In this document: positions 9,506-19,098 of the stretch, piece by piece
Numbering within the stretch: the first letter of the stretch is position 1
Layout: each line of letters starts with the position of its first letter
NCBI GenBank assembly: GCA_017631085.1
Contig: JAGBTY010000020.1
Span: 9,855-73,854 of the forward strand
Length of the DNA stretch: 64,000 bases
Direction: 5' to 3'
DNA from: Clostridia bacterium
Lineage (GTDB): Bacteria; Bacillota; Clostridia; Oscillospirales; CAG-272
Position numbers and translations under genes: made by a program
Notes under the pieces: generated by a model
What the model was told of the DNA's origin: nothing
What the model saw: only the letters and a program-made list of their open reading frames with translations
The model's database searches: none

Positions 9506-10999
9506 ATGTTTGAAAAAATAACTCCCGAAGAGGCTGGTATCAGCTCCATCAAAGTTTCGGAATTTATAAACAAGCTCAATAAACGAAAGCTCAGAATGCA
9601 TAGCGTTCTCATGATGAAGGGTGACAAGCTCTTCTCCGAATACTATTGGGCACCCTTCAGCGAGGATTTTTGCCACAGAATGTATTCACAGACAAAAAGC
9701 TACGTTGCAATAGCTATCGGACTTCTTGAGGAGGAGGGTAAGCTTTCGCTCGACGATACGATCGCATCGTATTTTCCCGAAAAAATACATACGGAGCTTA
9801 CAGAAAATCTGAAAAAACAAACAATAAGAGAAATGCTCACCATGTGTACCGTCGGAAGTGGGATCGGTTGGTGGTTTACGACCGATTATGAGGACAGAAC
9901 GGAACTCTATTTCAACGAGAGAAAGAACGGAACCCCAAAGCCATCTGGAACGCTGTGGAACTACGACAGTCAGGGTTCTCAGGTATTGTCAAATCTTGTA
10001 GAAAAACTTTCGGGGATGACTCTTTTTGATTATTTGAACGAAAAGATATTCATGCACCTCGGAACGTTCAAAACAGCAGAGATACTTAAGACAAGAAACG
10101 GTGATTCATGGGGTGACTCGGCTCTAATATGCAGACCGAGAGATATGATATCGTTTGCACGTTTCGTTATGAATTACGGTATGTGGAACGGAAAGAGATT
10201 AATGAACGAAGAGTATCTCAAAACAGCAACGTCTGCTCTTGTTAATAACTCAATAACGTCACATTATTCTGTATATTACTCTCTTGGCTACGGTTATCAG
10301 ATATGGCGTATTGAGCAAAACGGCTTTCTTTTTGTCGGAATGGGAGGACAACTTACGGCTTGCTTCCCTGATAAAGACCTTATTTTCGTTTGCACCAGTG
10401 ACAACCAAGGCAGAGAGCGCGCATATGACACCATTTTTGAGGCCCTGCTTGATATTATAGTAGATAACATAAATGACTCTCCGCTCCCCGAAGCTCCTGC
10501 GGACTACAAAGCTCTCTGCGACGCGACTTCCGATCTTAAGCTGTTTGCAGCAGAAGGGCTTGAGGACTCTTCCTTCAGAGACGAGATCAACGGAGTAAAA
10601 TATTCTCTTGAGAACAACCCCATGGGAATATCGGAATTCACGTTTTATTTTAATGATAAACAAACGGGTGAGCTGCATTACAAAAATTCTCAGGGAGAAA
10701 AGATACTTCCCTTTGGCGTAAACCATAATGTTTTTGGAAAATTCCCGCAGCTTGGATATTCAAACGGTATCGGCGGAGCTCGTACCGATGACGGATTTAT
10801 GTATGACGACGCCGTCTCTTTAGCTTGGCTCGACGAAAAGGAGATCATGATATGCGTTCAGATAATCGACAAATATTTCGGAAACGCATCTATGTTCTTT
10901 GCGTTCAAGGATAACGAAGCTGTTGTAAGAATGATAAAAACAGCAGAGGATTTTCTTGACGAATATCAGGGATTTGCACATGGAAAACGCGAAGATTAA
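9506..10999 (+). CDS. serine hydrolase, beta-lactamase/transpeptidase-like family (class C type) with a C-terminal extension
   Basis: SQTKS (the SxxK active-site motif) near residue 60. GGAG RBS lies upstream of the ATG. Confidence 0.75.
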   Translation: MFEKITPEEAGISSIKVSEFINKLNKRKLRMHSVLMMKGDKLFSEYYWAPFSEDFCHRMYSQTKSYVAIAIGLLEEEGKLSLDDTIASYFPEKIHTELTENLKKQTIREMLTMCTVGSGIGWWFTTDYEDRTELYFNERKNGTPKPSGTLWNYDSQGSQVLSNLVEKLSGMTLFDYLNEKIFMHLGTFKTAEILKTRNGDSWGDSALICRPRDMISFARFVMNYGMWNGKRLMNEEYLKTATSALVNNSITSHYSVYYSLGYGYQIWRIEQNGFLFVGMGGQLTACFPDKDLIFVCTSDNQGRERAYDTIFEALLDIIVDNINDSPLPEAPADYKALCDATSDLKLFAAEGLEDSSFRDEINGVKYSLENNPMGISEFTFYFNDKQTGELHYKNSQGEKILPFGVNHNVFGKFPQLGYSNGIGGARTDDGFMYDDAVSLAWLDEKEIMICVQIIDKYFGNASMFFAFKDNEAVVRMIKTAEDFLDEYQGFAHGKRED

Positions 11000-11004
11000 T
11001 ACAA

Positions 11005-11038
11005 TAAAAAAACAACCGCAATTAGCGGTTGTTTTTTT
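11005..11038. terminator. bidirectional rho-independent terminator
   Basis: AAAAAACAACCGC-aatta-GCGGTTGTTTTTTT lies between two convergent genes. Confidence 0.6.
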
Positions 11039-11046
11039 ATTTAATA

Positions 11047-12507
11047 TTATGACGCATATTTTACGCTCGAAGGAATTTTTCCAAGATCCACCGAATTAAA
11101 GTTCATATCTCCTTTAATAACGATCTCCTCTTTTTCACCTTCGTATGAAAATTCATAAGAAGCTATTCCTGTATTGATCACCTCGGCATCGAGCTCTATG
11201 TCGATCTCTTCGCCGTATATAGTCATATCAAGTTGAAGGTCTATAAACTCCGATCCCTTTTTTGAAAGATTTTCAAAATTAACGTATGCTTTTCCGTCAA
11301 CAGTAATATCGTCCATTTCCAAAGCTATCTCTGCATCGATACCTACAATATCACCGTCGTCGCCCACAAGCTGCTTCAATGATATGGTTCCGCTAACGTC
11401 AATGTCGTTTTCGATAATAAATTTATCGATTTCCAAGCTATATTCATTGTCGTCAATTCTGCATTCAACGTCTATCTTTGTAATTTGTTCTCCGTCTTGG
11501 TTCATGTCAGCATAAACGTTAACTTGCTCCAAGCGAGATGCGTCTTCTGTATAAGCTATCTCTACAATGATCTTGCAGACATCATCGTTCATTGATACAG
11601 GATAAAGTCCACCATCTTCTTCGTTCATATCGCCGTAGGCTTCGAGATCAATATCAATTGAGAAAAGGATTCCAACTATATTATCTCCTATTACCGCAAA
11701 TCCGATCTCAAGTCCAAGTGCATCTATCATGTCATCAATAAACTCTTCGGCTTCTTCGATTGCGTCCTCGTCAGTTGCATATCCCATTTCGGCATCCATC
11801 GTTTCAACGACCAGATCAATAAATCCGTCAACAAGAATATCATAATAGCTATCCTGAATAACATAATAGCCTTCCTCAATAGACAAATGCTCCTCATTAA
11901 GCGCTGGAAGCTTAAAATCGAGTATCTCCTCTACCGGTGTTCCCGCATACATTCCGAGAATAGAATCAACGTCCATTTCTTCATACTCGGAAATATATTC
12001 ATCAAGATAATCGAGCATCTCGGAAATTGTATATGATCTGTCTGTCTCATGATAACCGTTTCCAAAGTCCTCAAATGAGATCACGTCACCGTTTTCGGCA
12101 ATTGCCATATATACCGTTTCTTCCTCGGTTTTTACTTTTGTAATTCCGTCAGAAACACCAATGTATATTTCGGAGAACTTACTTCCGTTCACTGACATCT
12201 TGGCATCTGTTTCAAACTCTATATTCTTTATTTCGTCAACAATAACATCTGTTTTTAAATCATTGACCGATTCGGGAATCGATTTAAGTGCACTTGTCAG
12301 TATTTCATAAATGCTCTTATTACCGATAGCTTCAGAAATAACCTTCACATCGTTTTCAGGATCTTTATTTACCTTTGACGATCTATTATTTGATCTATCA
12401 TAGTCATCGTCATCATCATATTGCGTTTTGCTTGAGCATCCAACCAAAACCAAAGACAGACATACAATAACTGCCAGTATTGAAATCAATATGGATCTTT
12501 TTTTCAT
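11047..12507 (-). CDS. highly acidic lipoprotein, function unknown
   Basis: MKKRSILISILAVIVCLSLVLVGCSS is a signal peptide with a lipobox. The start at 12507 follows GGGGGA. The mature part is very Asp/Glu-rich. Confidence 0.6.
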   Translation of the reverse strand: MKKRSILISILAVIVCLSLVLVGCSSKTQYDDDDDYDRSNNRSSKVNKDPENDVKVISEAIGNKSIYEILTSALKSIPESVNDLKTDVIVDEIKNIEFETDAKMSVNGSKFSEIYIGVSDGITKVKTEEETVYMAIAENGDVISFEDFGNGYHETDRSYTISEMLDYLDEYISEYEEMDVDSILGMYAGTPVEEILDFKLPALNEEHLSIEEGYYVIQDSYYDILVDGFIDLVVETMDAEMGYATDEDAIEEAEEFIDDMIDALGLEIGFAVIGDNIVGILFSIDIDLEAYGDMNEEDGGLYPVSMNDDVCKIIVEIAYTEDASRLEQVNVYADMNQDGEQITKIDVECRIDDNEYSLEIDKFIIENDIDVSGTISLKQLVGDDGDIVGIDAEIALEMDDITVDGKAYVNFENLSKKGSEFIDLQLDMTIYGEEIDIELDAEVINTGIASYEFSYEGEKEEIVIKGDMNFNSVDLGKIPSSVKYAS

Positions 12508-12542
12508 AATAATGTCCCCCAAAAAATTTTTATCCATTAATT

Positions 12543-12571
12543 ATTATAATACTTTTTGTGTAGTATGTCAA
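12543..12571 (-). promoter_or_regulatory. consensus sigma-A promoter (TTGACA-17-TATAAT) for the lipoprotein gene
   Basis: Read on the minus strand: TTGACA tactacacaaaaagtat TATAAT. Both hexamers match the consensus exactly. Confidence 0.55.
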
Positions 12572-12646
12572 GTTCAAACGGATAATTTAAATTTGGAAAT
12601 TCAAAACAAAAAAATCAAGAGCTCAATTTTTTACACAACTAATGTC

Positions 12647-13096
12647 TCACAGACACCTGGTTACACCCCAATAAATAACACCGTATATGGATGAAGCAAG
12701 AGTTCCGTATAATAAAACAGGACCGGCAACAGTAAAGATCTTGGCACCTATACCGGTAACAAAGCCCTCTGCTTTGCTGTCTATTGCGGGAGACGCCACC
12801 GAATTTGCAAATCCTGTAATAGGTACTAAAGTCCCTGCACCTGCAAATCTTGCTATCTTATCGAACACCCCAAAAGCAGTGAGAATTATTGCGATCGACG
12901 CAACAGTTATTGAAGTCAGAGGCATATATATATCTTCGGACATAGAAAGCAAATTACCGTAAATATACATAAAGCCCTGACCTATGACAGATATTGCTCC
13001 TCCCACAAGAAATGCCCTTAAGCAGTCTCTTGGTAACAAAGACTTTTTTGCGTGTGCTATAGAATAACGCCTGTAGTCGTCACTGTTCATATTCAT
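12647..13096 (-). CDS. spoVAC: stage V sporulation protein AC
   Basis: Contains GGAISVIGQ...AGAGTLVPITGFANSV..PA...K.EG...GIGAKIF.VAGPV, which is characteristic of SpoVAC. The ATG at 13096 is preceded by GGGAGGTG. The 84-codon upstream extension in the ORF track is unlikely to be real. Confidence 0.8.
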   Translation of the reverse strand: MNMNSDDYRRYSIAHAKKSLLPRDCLRAFLVGGAISVIGQGFMYIYGNLLSMSEDIYMPLTSITVASIAIILTAFGVFDKIARFAGAGTLVPITGFANSVASPAIDSKAEGFVTGIGAKIFTVAGPVLLYGTLASSIYGVIYWGVTRCL

Positions 13097-13252
13097 AATA
13101 TCACCTCCCTTGTTTATATATTTTCCTCTGTAAAAAAATTTATTCCAGTTTTGTTTTGAAAAGTAAATTTTTTTCTTTTTATGTTTACAAATATGATTTT
13201 TTGTTGTATAATAATTTATAACAAAATATAAATTCTGTACGGAGGAATCCTT

Positions 13253-13606
13253 ATGGCAAATATGAATAATATCAAAACAAACGTTAGCCGCGTGGCAAAT
13301 AAGGCTATCAAGAAAACAGGAGAGCTTGCAGACATCGCGTCGATGCACTTAAAGCTCAAATCCCTTGAGCATAAGCTTGACTCAAAGTACAAAGATCTCG
13401 GTAAGCTCACCTATAAGCAGCTTAAAAGCGGAGCATCTCAAGCCGAAAAGATTGCAGATACCATCGTTGACATAGACGCTATTCGTGAAGAAATTCGTCT
13501 TCAGAAGGAAAAGATAGAAGCTGAAAAGCAGGCTCGCAAGGAAAGAAAGGCTGCTGCAAAATTTGAAAACGCAGAAAACAACGATACAGCAGAAGCTACT
13601 GAATAA
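13253..13606 (+). CDS. hypothetical coiled-coil protein
   Basis: 117-aa ORF with a GGAGGA RBS. It is Lys/Glu-rich with heptad-like character and has no enzymatic motif. Confidence 0.55.
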   Translation: MANMNNIKTNVSRVANKAIKKTGELADIASMHLKLKSLEHKLDSKYKDLGKLTYKQLKSGASQAEKIADTIVDIDAIREEIRLQKEKIEAEKQARKERKAAAKFENAENNDTAEATE

Positions 13607-13607
13607 C

Positions 13608-13645
13608 AAAAATCCGTCGAAGAATGTATCTTCGACGGATTTTTA
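13608..13645. terminator. bidirectional rho-independent terminator
   Basis: AAAAATCCGTCGAAGA-atgta-TCTTCGACGGATTTTT lies between convergent genes. Confidence 0.7.
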
Positions 13646-14269
13646 TTATTGTTTTTTAGATTTAATATCCTTCCCTCTCAATGCTCGAATTGGAGTCATA
13701 ATGAGTATGGTCAGGTCGGTAAAAAAAGACATCTCCTCTATATAAAGCTTGTCAAGCTCGGTCTTTTCCCTATCGGTCACGTTGTCACGACCGTTTATCT
13801 GTGCAAATCCCGTTATTCCGGGACGTACACTATACACCCCCGCCTCACGTCTCATTCTCGTTATCTCGCCCTCATTTAAGATCAAAGGTCTGGGGCCCAC
13901 CATACTCATATCTCCCAAAAGGACGTTAAAAAGTTGAGGTAACTCATCGAGACTCGTCCGCCTTAATATTTTGCCAACATGTGTAATGTGCTTTTCCATT
14001 CCAACAAATTCTGTCGTTGGAACATCGTGTGGTGCATCGGTGTACATCGTCCTGAATTTCAGGCAAACAAATATTCTTTCTTCCCTTCCAAGTCTTTTTT
14101 GTTTAAAAAACGCCCCACCCTCCGATGTCAAAGCCACGACAGAGGCAATAATAGCCATCAAAGGTGACAAAAAGACTATAAGAGCTGCAGAAAGGATAAT
14201 ATCTGTCCCTCTTTTAATAAAATGATATACCTTTGACTGTCTTGTGTTATTTTTAAGTAATTTATCCAT
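13646..14269 (-). CDS. undecaprenyl-phosphate sugar phosphotransferase (bacterial sugar transferase family, small PglC/EpsL type)
   Basis: One N-terminal TM segment, then KFRTM, DELPQL.NVL.G.MS.VGPRP and G.TG.AQ. Confidence 0.85.
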   Translation of the reverse strand: MDKLLKNNTRQSKVYHFIKRGTDIILSAALIVFLSPLMAIIASVVALTSEGGAFFKQKRLGREERIFVCLKFRTMYTDAPHDVPTTEFVGMEKHITHVGKILRRTSLDELPQLFNVLLGDMSMVGPRPLILNEGEITRMRREAGVYSVRPGITGFAQINGRDNVTDREKTELDKLYIEEMSFFTDLTILIMTPIRALRGKDIKSKKQ

Positions 14270-14322
14270 ATGTCACCTCCGCGGTATAGTGACATTAGGA
14301 TATGTATTATTCGAAAAAAAAT

Positions 14323-15012
14323 TCAGATCTTTGAGGTCTCAAATATAAATTTTTCAGTTTCCTTCATAACCGAGCTCCATTTGTTTCCCAATCGCCTTTT
14401 CGCTTTATTCCAATTAACGTATCCTTCGTCAGTACCGTGTATATCACTGCCAAAGGAGATGACAGCACCGTATTTTATCCATCTCTTTATACTTAAAGGA
14501 ACAAAGGTCTTACATATGCTGTCCGCATTTATTTGAGCAGGAAAGCCGAGTCTTAAAATCTGCTCTATCTGATTTTTATCATATCGGTCAACGTGTGCAA
14601 ATATTATGTTATATTTTCCGGAAGAGTTCAATGATTCGATGGTATCAAACATTTCTACGCTAAATCCCGTATAAGGAAGCTCAAGCAATAAAATATTTGT
14701 TCCCTCAAGACACAATTTTTCAAGTCCGTCAAGCTTGTCAAGATTATCGCAAAGCAGGATCTCCGTACCCACAAGAATTTTTGGATACTTCTCGCCCGTT
14801 TCTTCCATTGCATCAAAAAGACGCTTTGCACAATCCTCACGGCGTTTCAAAAACTCTGCCAGATCATCTCTTTGAGGATAAAAATGTGGCGTTGCACATA
14901 CAATATCAACCCCTGCGTCCCGTGCGAGAGTAAGCTGCTTGAGTGATGTTCTTCGCCTTTCACTTCCATGGTCGCATCCTGGAAGAATGTGTGCGTGAAA
15001 ATCGATCTGCAT
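14323..15012 (-). CDS. CpsB/CapC-type PHP-domain tyrosine-protein phosphatase
   Basis: N-terminal MQIDFHAHILPGCDHGS and TPH motifs typical of the YwqE/CpsB metal-dependent phosphatases. Confidence 0.7.
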   Translation of the reverse strand: MQIDFHAHILPGCDHGSERRRTSLKQLTLARDAGVDIVCATPHFYPQRDDLAEFLKRREDCAKRLFDAMEETGEKYPKILVGTEILLCDNLDKLDGLEKLCLEGTNILLLELPYTGFSVEMFDTIESLNSSGKYNIIFAHVDRYDKNQIEQILRLGFPAQINADSICKTFVPLSIKRWIKYGAVISFGSDIHGTDEGYVNWNKAKRRLGNKWSSVMKETEKFIFETSKI

Positions 15013-15029
15013 AATAAATTCTCCTTTAT

Positions 15030-16139
15030 TTACACAATCTTTTGCTCTAAAACGTCTGCGATTTTCTTTGATGCGTTTCCGTCTCCGAACGGATTATACT
15101 TTTGGTTTAAGATCACCTCTTGAGATGATCCAAAATCAGCCGAATATGCCTTACATATTTCAAGGCAAACAGCTTCTCTGTCAGTACCTACAAGTTTTAT
15201 AAATCCCGCCTCAATTCCCTCGGGACGTTCGGTAACTCTTCTCATAACGAGCACTCTTTTGTTCAAGGAAACTGCTTCTTCCTGTATTCCGCCCGAATCG
15301 GTCACTATAAATCTGCTTTTTGCGATAAGGTTATGAGTTTCCCGAACTCCCAACGGTTCTGTCAGAATTATTCGTGAATGTCCCCCTAAAATCTCATATG
15401 CAACACTTCTGACGAGCGGATTGGGATGAACAGGATATATTACGTAAAGATCACTAATTTCATCCACCGCTTCCCTGACACCCATAAGCATTTCCCGCAT
15501 AGCAGCACCGAGGTTTTCTCTCCTATGTGCAGTAAGGAATACACAAGCTTTATTTGAAGCAAGATCAAGAAGCGGGCTTGTAAATTTTGCATTCATGCTA
15601 TACTTCACAGCATCCACCACTGTATTCCCTACAAGAAAGAGTGACTCATCTCTGACCCCCTCGGCTTTTAGCATTTGAATAGCATTAATCGTGGGGGCAA
15701 AATTGTATTTTGCTATAAGAGATATAGCCTTTCTGTTAAATTCCTCGGGAAAAGGCTCATATATATTTCCAGATCTTAACCCAGCCTCCACGTGTCCTAC
15801 GGGTATGTTGCAATAATACGCCGAAAGAGCTGTTGCGAATGCTGTGGTCGTATCACCGTGAACCAATACAACGTTAGGAGAATTTTTTTTGAGAACCTCT
15901 CCCACACTTTTCAATACTGCCTCGGTAATGTCGAAAAGAGTTTGACCGTTTTTCATTATACATAGGTCGATATCCGCATCAATGCCAAATTCCTTGAGAA
16001 CAGAGCGTGTCATATCGGTATGCTGACCGCTCAAGCAAACGAAGACCTCTATACCCCTTCTTTCTTTTAGTTCAAGTATAAGAGGGCTCATTTTTACAGC
16101 TTCGGGGCGAGTACCGAACACAATCATTATCTTTTTCAT
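15030..16139 (-). CDS. wecB: UDP-N-acetylglucosamine 2-epimerase (non-hydrolysing)
   Basis: Contains FGTRPEAVKM.P, VHGDTTT, H.EAGLR, TDSGGIQEE and ERPEG. Confidence 0.9.
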   Translation of the reverse strand: MKKIMIVFGTRPEAVKMSPLILELKERRGIEVFVCLSGQHTDMTRSVLKEFGIDADIDLCIMKNGQTLFDITEAVLKSVGEVLKKNSPNVVLVHGDTTTAFATALSAYYCNIPVGHVEAGLRSGNIYEPFPEEFNRKAISLIAKYNFAPTINAIQMLKAEGVRDESLFLVGNTVVDAVKYSMNAKFTSPLLDLASNKACVFLTAHRRENLGAAMREMLMGVREAVDEISDLYVIYPVHPNPLVRSVAYEILGGHSRIILTEPLGVRETHNLIAKSRFIVTDSGGIQEEAVSLNKRVLVMRRVTERPEGIEAGFIKLVGTDREAVCLEICKAYSADFGSSQEVILNQKYNPFGDGNASKKIADVLEQKIV

Positions 16140-16313
16140 AAAAGTACAATTGAATAATAATCGATCCGATTGTATTTACACATTTTATTTTATCATGCAA
16201 TTCGAAATTTGTCAATCGGATAATATTATTTCCATATCTCCTTCCTTATATATTAAAAAGCCGTCTTCAGCAGAAGGTAAAAACACCATATCTGTTGCAA
16301 AACGGCTCTTTTC

Positions 16314-17396
16314 TTATAAACTTTTTGATATTCTTTCTGATATCTTATCCGCTTCTGTCATGAGCATTTCAAAATTCATACACGGAACGTATATTTTTTC
16401 AAGGGCAAAATGATATTCTCCCGCCCTTAAAAGATTTTTTTCCGCAAGAGAAGATATTTCTGTCTCTATTCGAAGCATTGCCTTGTACTCATGCTTTTTT
16501 TCCGTGTTAAGTTCGGATATATTCAAAAAACGTTTGGTATTTACAGTCTTGTAAATACCGTACGGTATTTTTTCATCTGAAGCATCAAGTACGATAAAGC
16601 AATCTCCCGTATTGTCAAACAAAACCGCATCAAGTCGGTTCGGATCAAGATAAGAATAGGAAACAGTAATAGGTTGTTTTTTCTTTTTTGCAGCATTTAC
16701 CACCGCCTCAAGATACTTGTATCCAAGCGAATAACTGTCGTTTACAACATATATCCTTTTAGCCCTTTTTTCATATAGATCAAGAATCACTCTTCCCTTC
16801 ATGCCAAAAGAAGAGCGTAACGCGACCTTTTGGAAAAATCCTTCTCCTTGCGGAAATCGCAAAACGGTATTTTCAGCAGCGCATTTGATCTTATCACTCA
16901 AAAGTGAAGATAGAACAATTCCCTCTCTCATCTCAGAGCCCCGAAGCATCATAGAAAGGTAACCGTATGCTCTTTTATAGCAAAGGCTCTTCTTTTTTGA
17001 TAACGCCTTTATTTCCTCTACCCTGCCCTCAAGAGATGTCGTATCGCAGCACCGAAGAAGATCGATCATCTCGTCTCTTGCTCCCGCGATCTCCGTGTCC
17101 ACCGTATGAGGTGCAGTTCCGTCCATCATGGCAATTTTTCCGTCGATAACTATTCCGTCTACAGAATCGGGATCGGAAGAGCAAAGATAATACTCTACTG
17201 TCCTGCCGCACTCTTCTTGTTTTTTCCCTATTGTTTTCATAAAGCTGCTTTTTCCGGTACCAGGTCCGCCCTTTATGATATATCTCTTTTTTATCCCACT
17301 ATCGTTGAATATCTGCTCGTAAAAGCTTCTGAATCCGTATCCGCTATTTGCCGCGGCAAACGCCGCGGTACTGATATTGCTCATGATATTCTCCAT
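16314..17396 (-). CDS. P-loop ATPase of unknown function, co-oriented 32 nt downstream of spoIIIAH
   Basis: Walker A GGPGTGKSS and a Walker-B-like VIDG...DGTAPH. An alternative start at 17384 is possible. Confidence 0.65.
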   Translation of the reverse strand: MENIMSNISTAAFAAANSGYGFRSFYEQIFNDSGIKKRYIIKGGPGTGKSSFMKTIGKKQEECGRTVEYYLCSSDPDSVDGIVIDGKIAMMDGTAPHTVDTEIAGARDEMIDLLRCCDTTSLEGRVEEIKALSKKKSLCYKRAYGYLSMMLRGSEMREGIVLSSLLSDKIKCAAENTVLRFPQGEGFFQKVALRSSFGMKGRVILDLYEKRAKRIYVVNDSYSLGYKYLEAVVNAAKKKKQPITVSYSYLDPNRLDAVLFDNTGDCFIVLDASDEKIPYGIYKTVNTKRFLNISELNTEKKHEYKAMLRIETEISSLAEKNLLRAGEYHFALEKIYVPCMNFEMLMTEADKISERISKSL

Positions 17397-17428
17397 TCCG
17401 CTATCTGAAAAATATATGTAAAAATGGG

Positions 17429-18001
17429 TTATCTCTCAATTATTTTTATATTAGCGGGAACTATACCCGATTGCTCGTATACTATCTCGTTTATCTGGGA
17501 GATCTGCGCAGGTGTAATACCCTCGCTCTTAACGACAATGCTCGCGCCCTCGTTGCTGATAACAGCTACACATTCCTCAAAGCCCTTGGCTATGATAAGA
17601 GTTTCAATATTTGCTTCAGACTCCATTACCTTTGCAAGCTTATTTATTTCTGCAAGAGCCTCGTTCTTTGCTGTCTCGGTAGACGATTCGTTATCAACTA
17701 CACTTTGAAGCACCTCTATCGCTTCATCTCTTGTTCTCTGGCGGTTTACCTGAACGCTTGAAAAATACGAATCGGAAACAGATCCCGCATCATCCGAGTC
17801 GTCTGTCTTGTTACCAAGCTGTGTTGTGTCCATACCGGCGCTCTGATCGTAATCGTATCCATCATCCTCGTTAGCAAATACAGCTATATTAATAATAACT
17901 GCCGCAAGTATCAAAACGACCGCACCAAAAATTATAAAGTTTCGTCTGCCCACTCGTTTACAAAAGGTTTTGAAGTTTTCTTTTAAGTTTTCTGCTTTCA
18001 T
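17429..18001 (-). CDS. spoIIIAH: stage III sporulation protein AH
   Basis: N-terminal TM segment, a low-complexity linker and a C-terminal YscJ/FliF-like domain (VNRQRTRDEAIE...VVKSEG). It is the last gene of the spoIIIA operon. Confidence 0.75.
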   Translation of the reverse strand: MKAENLKENFKTFCKRVGRRNFIIFGAVVLILAAVIINIAVFANEDDGYDYDQSAGMDTTQLGNKTDDSDDAGSVSDSYFSSVQVNRQRTRDEAIEVLQSVVDNESSTETAKNEALAEINKLAKVMESEANIETLIIAKGFEECVAVISNEGASIVVKSEGITPAQISQINEIVYEQSGIVPANIKIIER

Positions 18002-18077
18002 TTAAATTCCCTCCGAAAATTAATTTTCTGATACACTTTATATATATGTTTGTCCGATTTTAAATATGCCTGAAAAA

Positions 18078-18578
18078 TTATTTATTTGCCTCCGCAACCG
18101 AAATTTTGTTTGCGCTTATGCCAAAAGCAGAAGAAACCAGCTCGGTCACAGTCAATCTCACATTTGAGTTGCTACCGCCATCGCACACTATTCCTATACC
18201 TGCGATCTCGGGATTTTCATACCCCACCGCGACCGCCCTCTCTCCTGATCCGCTTCCCGTTGTAACAAGCTCGTTTCGGTATCCGGTGCCGCTTGATTGA
18301 GAATTTATCGCGTAGACAGTTCTGTATCCTCCCTTTAATGTAACGATCGCCTTTACGTTTTTTACCCCCTCAATACCTGAACACAGCCTTACTACCTTTT
18401 CTTCTATCTCTCTTGCGTACTCATCGGGATCCCTCTCATATTCTTTTATTTCGGTATCAGTGGCATTTTTGTCCTCTGCACCTATACTTCCGCCTATCAT
18501 TAGCACAAGCCCCAATATTCCGCATATCAGGAGTATGATAAGCCCTCCTTTTTTCTCTTTTTTATTTTCTCCCTCCAT
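18078..18578 (-). CDS. spoIIIAG: stage III sporulation protein AG
   Basis: N-terminal TM segment plus a conserved C-terminal domain (V.V.V.L..G...V.A.N....GIG.V..G). Its position in the operon fits. Confidence 0.75.
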   Translation of the reverse strand: MEGENKKEKKGGLIILLICGILGLVLMIGGSIGAEDKNATDTEIKEYERDPDEYAREIEEKVVRLCSGIEGVKNVKAIVTLKGGYRTVYAINSQSSGTGYRNELVTTGSGSGERAVAVGYENPEIAGIGIVCDGGSNSNVRLTVTELVSSAFGISANKISVAEANK

Positions 18579-18597
18579 ATGCCCTCCAGATTCATTA

Positions 18598-19080
18598 TTA
18601 CTTCATATCGTATATTATCTCACACTCTACGCTCAAAAGTGAAAATACGATCCTTTTGACAGCATGCGGATCTATACCTATTCCGTCTTTTCTTATTATT
18701 ACTCTCGCATCCGATATAACAAAGCTATCTTCCGCATCTTGAAGTGTTATATCCACGTCAAAAAGATCTGAAGATACCTCAAGCTCCGATGATATTATCC
18801 CCTCAAGCCTATCTTCCGTATCCTTTTCGCATACGTTTTTTTGCGTCGTGTCGTAATACTCCCAAAGCGCCTCCACACTCTGTATATCCTCTTCATATTC
18901 AATATCCGAAAAAATATCCTCTGCAAAAGCTATGCTTCCAAGCGGCATAAGTATTGCAGATACAACACACAATGATCCCACAAAGCTCACGTACTTTTTC
19001 ACTCTCCCCTCGGGAGAAAGTATACGGCAGATACCAACAAAAAGTGTAAGCGCCATGATACAATATATATATTCCTTCAT
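18598..19080 (-). CDS. spoIIIAF: stage III sporulation protein AF
   Basis: Two N-terminal TM segments. The size and the position between AE and AG fit. GGGGAGG RBS is present. Confidence 0.65.
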   Translation of the reverse strand: MKEYIYCIMALTLFVGICRILSPEGRVKKYVSFVGSLCVVSAILMPLGSIAFAEDIFSDIEYEEDIQSVEALWEYYDTTQKNVCEKDTEDRLEGIISSELEVSSDLFDVDITLQDAEDSFVISDARVIIRKDGIGIDPHAVKRIVFSLLSVECEIIYDMK

Positions 19081-19098
19081 CTGACGCCTCCCCTTTTT

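Noticed and set aside
13097-13348. 84-codon N-terminal extension of spoVAC in the ORF track.
   Set aside because: The extension is AT-rich promoter-like sequence. The ATG at 13096 has a GGGAGGTG RBS and yields a normal-length SpoVAC.
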